Below are positions 25,361 through 39,231 of a stretch of 64,000 bases of DNA, one piece after another. Under the pieces are notes generated by a model, which was not told the origin of the DNA, ran no database searches, and worked only from the letters and a program-made list of their open reading frames with translations. This DNA comes from Octopus bimaculoides (Eukaryota), in NCBI RefSeq assembly GCF_001194135.2, contig NC_068984.1, forward strand, positions 60,213,635 through 60,277,634. The letters are read 5' to 3'. Within the stretch, counting starts at the first letter, position 1. Every line of letters starts with the position of its first letter. The translations under genes were made by a program, and so were the position numbers.

Positions 25361-26639
25361 TATCTATGATAGATTAACAAACTATTCAGATGAGATTTGC
25401 CTCTCATTTACTGAACAATTATTGCTGAGTGACTTTTGAGTTACTCAAATTGTTTTCGTTATCCTAATGTGTGTTTTAGACTCAAACATCTCCAAAGCTG
25501 CCTCATCTAGGGTGGGGATTTAGCAGAATCATTAGAGCACTGGAGAAATTACTTCTGATATTTAATTAATGCCATTACATTCCTGAGTTCAAATCTTGCC
25601 AAAGTCAATTTTGCCTTTCATCATTTTGGAATCGATAAAGTAAATATTAGTCAAGTATTTGGGGTTAATATAATTGACTGTACAACTTTCCCAAATTCAA
25701 AATATTACACCTACATTACAAATCATTATTAGACTCATTTACCATGGCTTGATATACATTACATGCATTTTTATTGTTCAAATCTATGCATTATATTTTG
25801 TCTAGCAAGAACTCAGCTTGCAATATAGTGTGTGTTATGCATAGTTACGGGTTGTAAGGCATAACATCCATTCAGTCCCACTGCCAGGGATGTGATGAAG
25901 TCATAGGACTGTAACATGGTGGATTGTAAAGAGGCAATGGAAGAGCTCAACTGGGCCAATGGTGCTGCTTACATTGATACTGAGCAGAGGAATCCTAGAA
26001 AAATCAACTCTCAGGATCACAAAGGTCTATCAAGAGAGTAACTGCAACACATCCATAGGGGCACTATCCATGGTTATGTAATCAGCTAATGAGAGATTCA
26101 CTATGACTCAAGTTCCCAATTCAGATTCATAATAATGGAAATGGTAACTGAGTCATGGGAATTAGTGGAAGCAATGAAAAAAAAAAAAAAATTGCAGAGA
26201 AACTTTATTACATATTACATTGATAAAAAATAAGTACTGGTGTCAATAGATTCAACTAAAAATTATCCAAAGCAGTGCTCCAGCATGACCTTAGTCTAAT
26301 GGCTGAAACAAGTAAACGATAAAAGAAAAGTTATATAGATGAAAGTATATACTTTTGTTTTGTCTGTCATTTTATCTATGGGTTGCGTATGTATGTGTAT
26401 GTGTGTGTGTGTTTATTGTTGAATTTATGAAGTTTTCAGAACAATATATATATATATATGTGTGTGTGTGTATGTATGTATGTATGTATGTATGTATGTG
26501 TATTTAATTATTTCTCTTCTAACTTTTCCACTGTTCTGGAGTTGAGTGCCACAAAGGGTAGCATCAATTCCTTGCATGCCAAACTATGTTGCTCATAGTC
26601 ACAAGTCTTGTATCAATGAGATCTCACTTTACATTGCTA

Positions 26640-26690
<51 letters not shown>

Positions 26691-27818
26691 TTATTAATGT
26701 TCCAATTCTGATTTCCCTTGTGTCCCTAAATCAATAGATCCAAAGAAAACTTGATGGACATGAGCCAGTGAAGGAGCTTCTACACAGCCACTCAACCTGC
26801 CAGAAGTAGTTGCCAAAATCTCCCTGAAATCAAAGCCTGTGATCTTAAAATAAATATTGATTTAGTATTCACACTGAATAATGTCTTAATCTTAATCTGC
26901 TACTATAATTCCATTCACATTTAGTGTGTTTATAGGAATATTAAATCAGCACCAGAATTGGTGAGTAATTTATTTTATCAACCCAGAATGCTTGGACATT
27001 TTTGAGGCTGTTGTTTTATGACTGTTTGCTCTTCTTGATGCTAACCTTTTCAGTCACCTCTTCCGAAACCAAAGATATTGGTGTATTGTATCAATTTTCT
27101 CTAAAAGCTGAAATACACTCACACTAATATACACACACACAAACATACACCCACACAAACATACCCCCCCNNNNNNNNNNNNNNNNNNNNNNNNNNNNNN
27201 NNNNNNNNNNNNNNNNNNNNNNNNNNNNNNNNNNNNNNNNNNNNNNNNNNNNNNNNNNNNNNNNNNNNNNNNNNNNNNNNNNNNNNNNNNNNNNNNNNNN
27301 NNNNNNNNNNNNNNNNNNNNNNNNNNNNNNNNNNNNNNNNNNNNNNNNNNNNNNNNNNNNNNNNNNNNNNNNNNNNNNNNNNNNNNNNNNNNNNNNNNNN
27401 NNNNNNNNNNNNNNNNNNNNNNNNNNNNNNNNNNNNNNNNNNNNNNNNNNNNNNNNNNNNNNNNNNNNNNNNNNNNNNNNNNNNNNNNNNNNNNNNNNNN
27501 NNNNNNNNNNNNNNNNNNNNNNNNNNNNNNNNNNNNNNNNNNNNNNNNNNNNNNNNNNNNNNNNNNNNNNNNNNNNNNNNNNNNNNNNNNNNNNNNNNNN
27601 NNNNNNNNNNNNNNNNNNNNNNNNNNNNNNNNNNNNNNNNNNNNNNNNNNNNNNNNNNNNNNNNNNNNNNNNNNNNNNNNNNNNNNNNNNNNNNNNNNNN
27701 NNNNNNNNNNNNNNNNNNNNNNNNNNNNNNNNNNNNNNNNNNNNNNNNNNNNNNNNNNNNNNNNNNNNNNNNNNNNNNNNNNNNNNNNNNNNNNNNNNNN
27801 NNNNNNNNNNNNNNNNNN

Positions 27819-27872
<54 letters not shown>

Positions 27873-28009
27873 CATGTATATATGAATACATATATGTGTA
27901 TGTGTATGTGTGTGTATATATATATATAATATATATTTATATGTGTGTATGTATATGTATGTATTCACACATATGAATACATACATATATGTGTATGTGT
28001 GTATATGTG

Positions 28010-28111
<102 letters not shown>

Positions 28112-28133
28112 TGTATGTATATGTGTGTGTGTA

Positions 28134-28180
<47 letters not shown>

Positions 28181-28589
28181 ATGTGTATGTATGTATATAC
28201 ACGTATATGAATACACATACATGTGTGTGTGTATGTGTGTGTGTGTGTATGTGTGTGTGTGTGTGTGTTTGTATGTGTTATATATGCATAGTATATCTTG
28301 TGTGTACATTTAGAGATATGACTGCTACCTCATGGAAAGCATCATCTTCCAGTCTACTTCCTGTAAAGTGGTGTAGTTACTACTGTGCCTAGTAGCATCA
28401 CTTGTTATGAAATACAGAGCAAACATAGGAGACATTATGATTATACATATGTATGTATATATATATATATTTTGCTTAGGCATTGTGAAGTCAATAATCT
28501 GGAGTAGAACTCAATATATATATATATGCTTCAGAATGAAGCACTAGTTGAGTACACGGCAGTAATAAGAAAATGGGATGACTGAGGAA

Positions 28590-28794
28590 AAAATGAGATT
28601 CTGAAGTCATCTGGACATTTCGAAGTCATCTGGAGGCTGTGGTTGAAGCCAATGGCAATTCTATTGAATAAATTTACACTTTAGTATTTAAAAATATTTT
28701 TGTATAATTTTGGTAAATATATCTGTTAAAATGATATGTCAGTGTTATTTTCATTTTTGCATAATTTAGACAACAGTTTATTCACTGCACCCTC

Positions 28795-28797
<3 letters not shown>
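28590..28797 (+). mobile_element. Tc1/mariner-superfamily 3' fragment
   Basis: Transposase end FRSHLEAVVEANGNSIE* followed by right TIR ...caccctc-TA. Confidence 0.75.
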
Positions 28798-28843
<46 letters not shown>

Positions 28844-28952
28844 ATGCGTGCACCTTAGATCTGATAGCTTTACATTATTGCCTCTATACCCACTCAACTT
28901 GGTCTCTCTTATATACACATAAATGTTTGTGTGCATGTATATGTGTGTGTAT

Positions 28953-29005
<53 letters not shown>

Positions 29006-29099
29006 CACACATACACATATATGCATATATGCAAGTATGTATGTATATATATATATATGCATGTACACAAGATATGGATTTATTTAAACTGTACGTTTG

Positions 29100-29142
29100 T
29101 CTTGTGACTCAAGTTTCATGCCACTGTCATCTTCAGGCAAGA
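29100..29142 (-). ncRNA. Minimal type I hammerhead ribozyme motif at a PLE-like 3' terminus
   Basis: TCTTG-C-CTGAAGA-TG(acagtgg)CA-T-GAAAC-TTGA-GTC-A-CAAGA; AATAAA ~20 nt downstream, then (TA)n. Confidence 0.55.
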
Positions 29143-29343
29143 ACTGATAGCACTCAGTGATGTATTTGTGTCCTCTGGTGTGTGAGCACCTGTCTGTGTG
29201 GTCTTGTGCTAGTGTTTGATCTTTGGTTTGGATTTCATGTCTATTGGGTGCTGTTTTTCAGGCCAGTGAAGCAGCCAAGAAAAACAGCATTCAATCAATA
29301 AATGCAGAATGCAAACCATTGAACAAACAGCAGCCCTAGACAA

Positions 29344-29381
<38 letters not shown>

Positions 29382-29427
29382 GAGAAATATAAATACACCA
29401 CTAGTATTGAATTGTAACAATTCTCAC

Positions 29428-29524
29428 CTGAAGATCCCTTTAGTAGTAAACCCAGTTGCTGGACAAACATTCAGTTTAAGTACAACCATATCCTCTATAT
29501 TATGAGCAGTCCTTTCCCATTCAT
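29428..29524 (-). CDS. Candidate internal exon (DEWERTAHNIEDMVVLKLNVCPATGFTTKGIFR)
   Basis: Acceptor atttattccag, donor CAG/gtgaga, 97 nt, open only in phase 1. Confidence 0.45.
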
Positions 29525-29721
29525 CTGGAATAAATCAATATCCATCCATCAATCAATCAATCAATTGATCAATCCATCAATCATGGTTATTGTTTATAAA
29601 AGAATATCAACTCAAGAAAGAACTCAATAGAAATACCTGAGTAAACTTTTTATTGTGGCCAAAAATTCTGTACAGTTGCTCAGAGTTTCATTTTTATATG
29701 TTGTTGAGCTGTATTTTATCT

Positions 29722-29950
29722 CTTACTTGTTTCAATCATTAGACTGTGGCCATGCTGGAGCACCACCTTGAAGAATTTTTAGTTGAATGAATCAACTCCA
29801 GTACTTATTTTTTTAAAGCCTGGTACTTATATTATTGGTCTCTTTTTGTCAGACTGCTAAGTTATAGGGATTTAAACACATCAACACTGTGTGTCAAGCA
29901 GTGACAGTGGACAAACACAAGCACAAAGACACTTACACACCTGCACACAC

Positions 29951-30006
<56 letters not shown>

Positions 30007-30725
30007 NNNNNNNNNNNNNNNNNNNNNNNNNNNNNNNNNNNNNNNNNNNNNNNNNNNNNNNNNNNNNNNNNNNNNNNNNNNNNNNNNNNNNNNNNNNNNN
30101 NNNNNNNNNNNNNNNNNNNNNNNNNNNNNNNNNNNNNNNNNNNNNNNNNNNNNNNNNNNNNNNNNNNNNNNNNNNNNNNNNNNNNNNNNNNNNNNNNNNN
30201 NNNNNNNNNNNNNNNNNNNNNNNNNNNNNNNNNNNNNNNNNNNNNNNNNNNNNNNNNNNNNNNNNNNNNNNNNNNNNNNNNNNNNNNNNNNNNNNNNNNN
30301 NNNNNNNNNNNNNNNNNNNNNNNNNNNNNNNNNNNNNNNNNNNNNNNNNNNNNNNNNNNNNNNNNNNNNNNNNNNNNNNNNNNNNNNNNNNNNNNNNNNN
30401 NNNNNNNNNNNNNNNNNNNNNNNNNNNNNNNNNNNNNNNNNNNNNNNNNNNNNNNNNNNNNNNNNNNNNNNNNNNNNNNNNNNNNNNNNNNNNNNNNNNN
30501 NNNNNNNNNNNNNNNNNNNNNNNNNNNNNNNNNNNNNNNNNNNNNNNNNNNNNNNNNNNNNNNNNNNNNNNNNNNNNNNNNNNNNNNNNNNNNNNNNNNN
30601 NNNNNNNNNNNNNNNNNNNNNNNNNNNNNNNNNNNNNNNNNNNNNNNNNNNNNNNNNNNNNNNNNNNNNNNNNNNNNNNNNNNNNNNNNNNNNNNNNNNN
30701 NNNNNNNNNNNNNNNNNNNNNNNNN

Positions 30726-30760
<35 letters not shown>

Positions 30761-31190
30761 ATTAACTACCAACAAAAATAATTGGTAAGCTAACTCAAAA
30801 AATCATCACCAAAATAGCAGAAAAAAACGACAGTGAAGGTATGTAGACTCTTCAAGAATCGATCCTTTTAGTTATATTAATAATAATAAAGAGTTTATGA
30901 CGCAAAAAAGTATATATTTAAATAAACATATTTATCTTCTTCAATATATATTTCAGTATAAAGAATTCATTAAGAGACTTAATAAATCAAAATTTCTTTA
31001 CACATCTTCAGGAAAAATAAATATAACACCAGAAAACTACATTATATATATATAAATCCACTCATAAGGATTTGGTCAGCTTGAGGCCTAGTAGAAAACA
31101 CTTGCCTGAGGTACTGAGCTGTGGGACTGAACCCGGAATCATATGGTCGGGAAGCAAGCTTCTTACTACTCACCCATGCTTGCATCTATG
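29722..31190 (-). mobile_element. SINE family A pieces on either side of a gap (29722-29950 tail, 31058-31190 head)
   Basis: Family A motifs in reverse complement. Confidence 0.7.
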
Positions 31191-31722
31191 AAGAGTTTTT
31201 AAAAACATTTATAAATACAGATGGTAAACATAGTGCAGAGAAATGTAGCAACAGAAAAGTGGGAGGGAGGGAAATGGCAACAAGAACAAAAGCAACATAA
31301 TATGGTGTAGAACCTGAATGAAGGAGAGACAGTATGGAATGAATTTTGTGGGAGTGAAAATGGTGAACAGGAAGGGAGTAAAGATATTTATTGAGTCAAT
31401 CATAAGAGCCTATAATTAATAATTTAAACATTTTAAAAAAGTGAAATAAAGATAAATTATTGGTTAAGCTATAAAAGGAACATTCCAATCAATATATTAT
31501 TTGCTTTGGCATCAGTCAAAAAAAGAGATGCAATTCATCAGCATAGTTAAAAAGCTATACATTCATTTTGTTTTCTGCCAATACATAAGATCAGCATATT
31601 CATCATCATGATCATCATCATCAACAACCCCTCCTCCATTACCTCTATATTCCCACCATCATAACCCCACCATCAACTACACCAGTACCCCCATCACTCT
31701 CGCCGTCCTCAGCATCATTTAA

Positions 31723-32791
31723 CCCTTTCGTTACTAAATCGGCCGTGGCCGGCCGAAAAAAGTTTTGGTTCATAAGACTAACCCGGCCGTAGCCGGCCAA
31801 GCGTACCCATTGTTATTTAAATGTATATTTGAACCCAAATCTCGTTAGTACATTCGTTAAAACACCTGATTTCACTTTGCAAACAGTTTAGTTATTGTCT
31901 CCGACATTGTTTGGCGTGATATTCGAACTCAGTGAATTTTGAAAGATTTTTTTCCACATTTTTTGCGGCGTTGATTTTTTTCAACTTTGAAGATGGAGAG
32001 GAGTTTCATGCTATCAAGCAGTGATTCCGAATTTGAAGGTTTTTCAACAGAAAATATGGAGATATCGAAGAAAAGAATGAATGAGCTACAAAAGCACGTG
32101 GTGAATGATAATAAATCGGATATTTCTGTATCCGAAACTGAAATCAGCGATTCTGAAAGCAGCGACGGCGACAGCGAGGATGATTTTACACCAGAATGGA
32201 GTAAAAACTTAAAAAAACGTTTTTATTAACAATTTTTCTGAGGAAACAGGGTCTACCCATAGTGTTTCTCAGGAAGCGAAACAATTAGGCTTCTTTTTCA
32301 TGCTTGTTTGAAATGATTACTGTGGAAACAAACCGTTACACAGAATGTAAACAAACCGGAAAAAAAAGATAGCTTGCGGTTTCCTGCAACTGTAGATGAA
32401 ATACAGGTATTTTTTGTCATAAATATTATTATGGGTATTAGACAGTTACCCAGAATAACAAATTAGTGGAGCGATCAGGAACCTTTTGGCGATGAATATA
32501 TTTCCAGTATTATGAACGAGTATGATTTGTGAAGCTGAACCAATATTTACATGTGAGAGACACTAGCAGTACCCCCCCCCCCCAGTACGTGGGGAACTTT
32601 GAGACTAAAATTATGCAATAGAATTGATTAAGAACCCTTTCTTTAATTATGTTCCAAATATCACATTAATATGTTGATAAATAAAAAAGTTACAGGTGTT
32701 TAATGAGACTAGTCTAAATTCTTGATTATTTTAGAATTTAATTAAAACTCATGAGCGGTGTATTTTGGTCAGAAATATAGTAACGAAAGGG
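31723..32791 (+). mobile_element. piggyBac deletion derivative with transposase N-terminal remnant
   Basis: TTAA-ccctttcgttac ... gtaacgaaaggg-TTAA; acidic N-terminus SSSDSEFEGF...SDSESSDGDSEDD, then interrupted LFEMITVETNRY / TVDEIQVFFVINIIMGIRQLPRI typical of piggyBac transposases. Confidence 0.9.
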
Positions 32792-33079
32792 TTAAACCGT
32801 TAGCATTTAAATAGGTCATATCTGGCTCAAATGTTCATTTTGTGTTCAAACCAACCAAATCTGGCCTCTTTCATCTACCCTACAATTTCATTATATTTCT
32901 CAGAGTAATCTGAATACTAAAGGGTTAACATTCGTGTTTCATATAGGCACAGGTTGGATAGTTAGGTGAGATCTGATGGTCTCAAAAGCTGCATCATACT
33001 CCATTGTTTATTTTGGCATGGTTTCTATGGCTATATGCCTTTTCACCATTCAGGACATTTTAAAACTTTCATTATTTAG

Positions 33080-33410
33080 ATCAGTGGTTCTCAATCCGGG
33101 TCCATATGACTCCTGAAAATCTATATAAGATTTTTGTGAGTCCACTAAACAAAATAGTAAATTGGGGATTTTAAGGGCCCCTGTAAAAATTTTACTTTAG
33201 ACTTATGTGTTGGTATGTATTGCAAGAAAGAGCTAGATTTCTTTCTGTAACATTTTACATAGTTAAACCTACACAAGTCAGTGTGTGAAAAACTAACCAG
33301 GAATTTTGAAAGAAGTTTCTATAAAACTAGTTTTTAAACATCAAATGGCTATGGAGGCCCACCAAAATAAAATAGTAATCAAAAGAAGTCCATGGATAAG
33401 AAATGGTTGC
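33080..33410 (+). mobile_element. hAT (Charlie-like) MITE remnant
   Basis: Left TIR cagtggttctcaatcc; right end eroded (aaatggttg). Confidence 0.6.
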
Positions 33411-33555
33411 CAGTTATTTTTGAAATTTAATACTGAACCAATTCTGTTTGCTAATCATAATTTTATCTAGTTTTATCATTCACTTCAAATATAAACCATT
33501 ATATACAGTATAGTATCTTAATGTAACAGCTATCTAATGTGCTTATGTCCCCTGA

Positions 33556-33614
33556 TCAAAAATTAGGAAGAAGGTTATACACAGCTTGTGTGTAATCTTC
33601 TTCCTAATTCTTGA
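33556..33614. other. 59-nt near-perfect hairpin
   Basis: 28-bp stem with two G.U pairs and one A.C mismatch; 3-nt loop. Confidence 0.8.
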
Positions 33615-34238
33615 ACTCAGTGTGGAGTGTAGGTTATTAACAAGATATATCCATCAATCTCTTGTATCTGCCATGTACACTACAGATTTCTGTGGTACTG
33701 GTGAAGATAGGGTAGCCATAACCCCTCTAATGCTGGTGCCATGATGGAAAGCATTAGTACACTCTATAAAGTCGTTGGTGATAGGAAGTGCGTTTAGTCA
33801 AAGAAAGTTTCCCCAAAATGCAATGTTTTCATGAGATATAGTCCTGGATCCATCTAGAATAGATAAAAACTGACACTGTCCATAATGACCCGCTCAACCT
33901 ATGACAACATGAACAAGTGGACATATGATGAAGAAGATAATGATGATGATGAAGATAATGATGATGATGAAGATAATGATGATGATGACACCCATGCACG
34001 CACTCTTTTATTCTTCTTGTTTCAACCATTTGGCTTTGACCATGCTGAGGTACCGCTATGGAAATATACTTTTGTTTATATTTTCAGAAAATTAAGATTA
34101 ATAATAGTGATTAATATTACTGTGAATTTTAAATCCATCACTAGAGGGAATTTTTTTTTTTTGTCCTAGATGCAAAATTCCATAGTTTTCTTTTTTCGCA
34201 TGCTTCCATAGTTGTTCTTGCACATGTTCTTGTGTCAG

Positions 34239-34307
34239 GATTGACCTTACAGACCTTTATTTCTCAGAGAATTCCACTGCAATTATTATCTACTATGCAA
34301 CGGACAA
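34239..34307 (+). CDS. Candidate 69-nt exon (IDLTDLYFSENSTAIIIYYATD or LTLQTFISQRIPLQLLSTMQRT)
   Basis: Acceptor ttcttgtgtcag, donor AA/gtaata; two frames open. Confidence 0.3.
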
Positions 34308-34892
34308 GTAATAGAAAGAAATACATGTCAATTTAAGTGACATTTCAATTTATTTTTTTCAATAGTTTTAGCCATATTGGACTGAACTTGGCGCTAGGTT
34401 TATTGATTATGTTTACATGTAGAGCTATATGCATGTATGTGTCTCTACAGCATAAAATTTCTATTATTGACAAAGAATTGCAGTGAAGACCACAGAAAAT
34501 AACATAATTGTGTTGTATAGGCCATTGAGGAGTCCTCTATGTGGTTGTTGAACCTATTAAAAAAATAGCAGCCAAATCCCCTTTAGAGCCACACCTCATA
34601 GTATAAAATAAAAATGGATACGTTGTATGATGTAATTATAGAATAATTGTATCTGATAAACAAACAGGATGTGATAGATGTAATACAAATGCTTTCTGGT
34701 TGTAAGGTCAGCATGACCAGAGTAGACCTGGGGCTAAACAACAACAACAGCTACAGCAATTACAGCATTACTGAGTTAGGTTATTGTATACATACACAGA
34801 ATGCTGTCATGCATTTGAAAAAACAGCTGTTTGTAATAATTGCTTAGAATCTTGGAGACTGTGATCTCTAAGGTCACTCAATCAATGCTCCC

Positions 34893-34927
<35 letters not shown>

Positions 34928-36820
34928 GTATGCATGCACATCTACATAAGTGTATGAATCTTTAAACCTTTAGTATTTGTAGATTGGCAGAATCAATAGT
35001 AATGATGGACAATATTCATTGCATTTAGTTAGGTGGTGAGCTGGCAGAACTTTTAGCATGTTGGCCAAAATGCTTAGTGGCATTTTGTCCATCTTTACAT
35101 TCTGAGTTCAAATTCTGTTGAGGTTAACTTTACCTTTCATCCTTTCAGGGTTGATAAAATAAGTACTAGTTGAGCACTGGGGTCGATGTAATTGACTAGT
35201 CCTCTCCTCCCAACTTACTCCCAACTGCCAAAATTTGAAACTAATCTTCCTTGCATTTAGTCAGGTTTGAATATTACCAGGTCTGACTTTGCTCTTCATC
35301 CTTTCAGAGTCAGTATAATAATAAATTTACAAGTCGATCACATGCATCCCTTCAAGTTTGAGTCCTTGTTCCTAAGCCAGAAGTCAAAATTACTTCAAAT
35401 AAATGTTCAAACAAATGTTTGAGATGAATTACTGTTAATGTATCTATAAGTTTATGTACCAGCTTGTCAGTTCTCAGGCAAACCATCCAACCCATACCAA
35501 CATGGAAAGTGAATGTTAAATAGCGATGATGATGATGATGTGTGTGTGTGTGTGTCTGTGTTTGAACCCCACCACTGGTTAACAACTGGTGTTGGTGTGT
35601 TTGTGTCGCCATAACTTAGTGTTTTGGCAAAATAAACTAATAAAGTAAATATCAGGCTTTAAAAAAATGTACCGGGGTTACTTCATTTGACTAAAAATTT
35701 TTCATGGTGGTGCCCCAGCATGGCCACACTCTAATGACTGAAAGATAAAAATAAAAGGAAAAGACTTTTTATTTTATTTATTTATTTATTTTATTTGTTT
35801 TTGGATAGCGCTGACTCTATCTGGTGTTAATATCTCTTTCCCCTTCAGTTTATTTACATGTCATATCTGAGAATTGGCCGAGACAAACTATTGTAATATT
35901 AATTTTGAGTTAAAGTTGAATTAATCATATATTACAAGTATTATTTACATAATAATCTTCCAATATTTTCATCCTGTTATCTAAAGTTGGTCTTTATTTA
36001 ATGGGTATTAAAGGACATTATTCATCGTCAACATCATCATCATTTAACATCCGTCTTCCATGCAGGCATAGGTTGGATAGTTTGACAGGAGCCAGCCAGG
36101 TAGAAGACTACCCCTGGCTACTGTGTCTGTTTTGGCAAGGTTTTTATGGTTGGATGCCCTTTCTGACACCAACCACTCTGCAGAGTGGACTGAGTTTTGA
36201 AATATCTTTGGAAGGTAATTTTACCAGTCAAAAGACATATACTGGTTCTATTTCACTTCTTTTCATTATTATAAGTCAACTAATGGAGTGAGCTGGCAGA
36301 ACCATTAGCATGCCAGACAAAATGTTTAGTAGCATTTCATTTGTTTTTACATCATGCATTCAAATAGTGCTGAGATCAGCTTATCTTTCATCCTTTCAGG
36401 GTCATTGAAATAAGTACCAGTTGAGCACTGGGGTCAATATAACTGACTAGTCTCATCCCTAACAAAAATAATTTCAGGCCTTGTGCCTATAGTACAAAGG
36501 ATTATTACATTAACTAGTTAATGAATTAGCCAATTAATTTATTGATTTCTTGACTAATCACTTGATCAATAAATCAATGAGTCAATTGGTTTGTCATCAT
36601 CTTTTCATCACTATATTCAAACTGGTTTGGATGTATTGCATTGTGACAGACCTGGAGCTACAAGAGCATATCCTTAATGAGGTGGGGAAAATCAATGAAA
36701 GGATTCAGACAAGATAACTGATGGACCGATTAATGAAATGATTAGTGAAACAATTGATTAGTTAATCAGTTAACTAGTTGCTCAGTAATGATAAAAAGAA
36801 GTGAAAGAGAATCAACCTAC

Positions 36821-37611
36821 CTGATTTCATTGGCAAAATGATCGTCTTGAGATATAACATCTGTTTCAACACATGATTTCACATTGAGTATCTTGCAAAA
36901 CAGATACAAAAAGATGCTGCTGTAGCTGCTGCTGCTGCAGCTGTTGTTTGATTTTGTTTTCAACACTTTTTTAATTATAAATTTTTGTATAATGATAGGA
37001 AAAAATAATGAAACAAAAAAAGCAAAGCAAAACAAAATTAACTATACTAGTTTTAGTACAAAATGGCATATTAGATAAATTAAAAATATATATTGGGTTA
37101 AAAAAAAAAATCAGATCTACATTACTGGAATAATCTTTATAACTGATATAGTTCTTTCCTTTTTTTTCTCTTTCACAAAACTCAAAAATAAAAGTGATAT
37201 AAAAATGAAACTTTATAAAAGTTAACATTCCATATAACAAAAAACAAACAGACGTACAAAACAACCAAAAAACAAAAAAAATGCTGCGAAAGATTTTATG
37301 TTAATTTACTTCTTTTTAGTTTTTTATTGTTCCTGAATTCTTCAGATTCAAGAATATACATATTGTATACTTTCTGAAGAATTCTTGTAAGATTTCTAAA
37401 TTATTGATGTATGTTTTGCAAAATATTGATGTATATTTTCTAAAGTTAAATTTCTTATTTTTGTCTTGAAACATTTTCATTAGTTTTCTACTATCTGAAT
37501 GAATTTTTATGGAATAAAATTTGTTTTTATATTTTAACAAAAGAATAATAGCAGTCATCGTTCATTTGTTTCTTATTTTTCTCTCCTTTTTTCTTTCTTC
37601 CCACTGACTGA
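36821..37611 (-). other. Candidate first exon: long AT-rich 5' UTR plus short coding start (MLYLKTIILPMKS)
   Basis: TCAGT Inr-like motif at ~37603-37611, A-rich then T-rich leader, (CAG)n, donor CAG/gtaggt at 36820; phase 1 fits exon 29428-29524. Confidence 0.4.
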
Positions 37612-38950
37612 CTTGTCCATTTTTTATGAACAGAAATTACTACGATATTATTTTATTCTGCGATTTTTCCCATTTGTGTTGCATAGGCATGTTGCATGGT
37701 ACTTATGAGCATACATACATTGTTTAAGAGTATGTGACTCTGTTTCTGTATGTGTGAGTATATGTTTGTGCATGCAGGTGCATATATATGTATATTATTC
37801 ATATGTATACATATATATATATATATATTGGTGTGTATGTACATATATATATGTGTGTATATATATAAACATATACATTTTTATATATGTGTATGTATAT
37901 AGATATATATATACATATATGTATATACATATATATGTGTGTGGGTGGGTGGGTATATACATGTATATATGTTTACACACACACACACAAAGTTGTTGGC
38001 TGATTGGCAAGAAAATCCGAGTTAAAAATTTTAGAATTCTAAATTAGCAGTTATGTGTATTTACACTAAACCTGCAATGTAAATAGATGTTGTAAAGTCG
38101 GTATTGTTTCTATTTCTTTTTCTCTTACATTTCTTATTACTTTTTGTTCTCTTTGATAAAGTGTGTTACCCTGAAATGTTCCTTTCTTATTTCTTTTGTT
38201 AGTGTATTTATTTCCATTTCACACATTCTTTATTATTGTTTTCTGTCATGTTTCTGTGCTTTTCCCACAATGTGTTTTCTTGTTCAAATTTATGTCATCT
38301 ATTTGTTTTATTTCTTAACCTTATTCACCGTCGTCATCATCATCATTATTTAGTATCCCCTTTATCGTGCTTGCAAGGGTCAGACGGAGCTTGTTGAACT
38401 TTTCCTTTTGCCAACTGTCATCTGTTTCCAAGCAAGGTAATGTTTTCTCATATCTAAACATATAATTTTACAGCCAGCTGGTTTTCCTTTTGCTAATGAA
38501 TCACTAACGAATTGTGAAGTGGATTGATTATACAGGCTTAATGAGTGAGGTTCTATATGGTCTCTCAGCCTGCTGCAACTAGAAGTTACATGTTCCTCAA
38601 ATTATGCTCTGCTGACTCAAAAATGTTCACATTCACAGAAGATTGGAAACAAACAACCCCACTTGTATGACAGTGGTGCTCATTTACAACCATCACATGA
38701 AGTCTGGACAATAGTTGGCACAAACACACACAGATACACACACACACACTCGCGTGCATGCACACTCATGCTCACATGCGTGCACACAATCTCTCTCTCA
38801 ATCCACTCAAGGATTTGATCAGCTTGGAGCTGTAGTAGAAAATACTTGCTCAAGGTGCTGTACAGTGGGACTGAAGCAAGACTCCATGGTAGAGAAGCAG
38901 GATTCTCAACCACATACCTCTCCTACACTTATAGTCACAGTTATGCCTTT

Positions 38951-39199
38951 TATATTTGTATTTTTTTTTTGTCTTTTACTCTTTTACTTGTTTCAGTCAT
39001 TTGATTCTGGCCATGCTGGAGTACCGCTTTTAGTCGAGCAAATTGACTCCAGGACTTATTCTTTGTAAGTCTAGCACTTATTCTATTGGTTTCTTTTGCC
39101 GAACCGCTAAATTACGGGGATGTAAACACACCAGCATCGGTTGTCAAGCGATGTTGGGGTGACAAACACAGACATACAAACATATACACATACACACAC

Positions 39200-39231
<32 letters not shown>

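Noticed and set aside
24561-27107. Minus-strand microexon chain 27058-27107, 25973-25994, 24561-24601
   Set aside because: Phases are compatible, but the exons are 22-50 nt, opposite-strand splice patterns are equally available and the peptide is unrecognisable; not distinguishable from chance.
30995-31020. CTGAAGA on the minus strand as another hammerhead
   Set aside because: No stem II or GAAA at a suitable distance.
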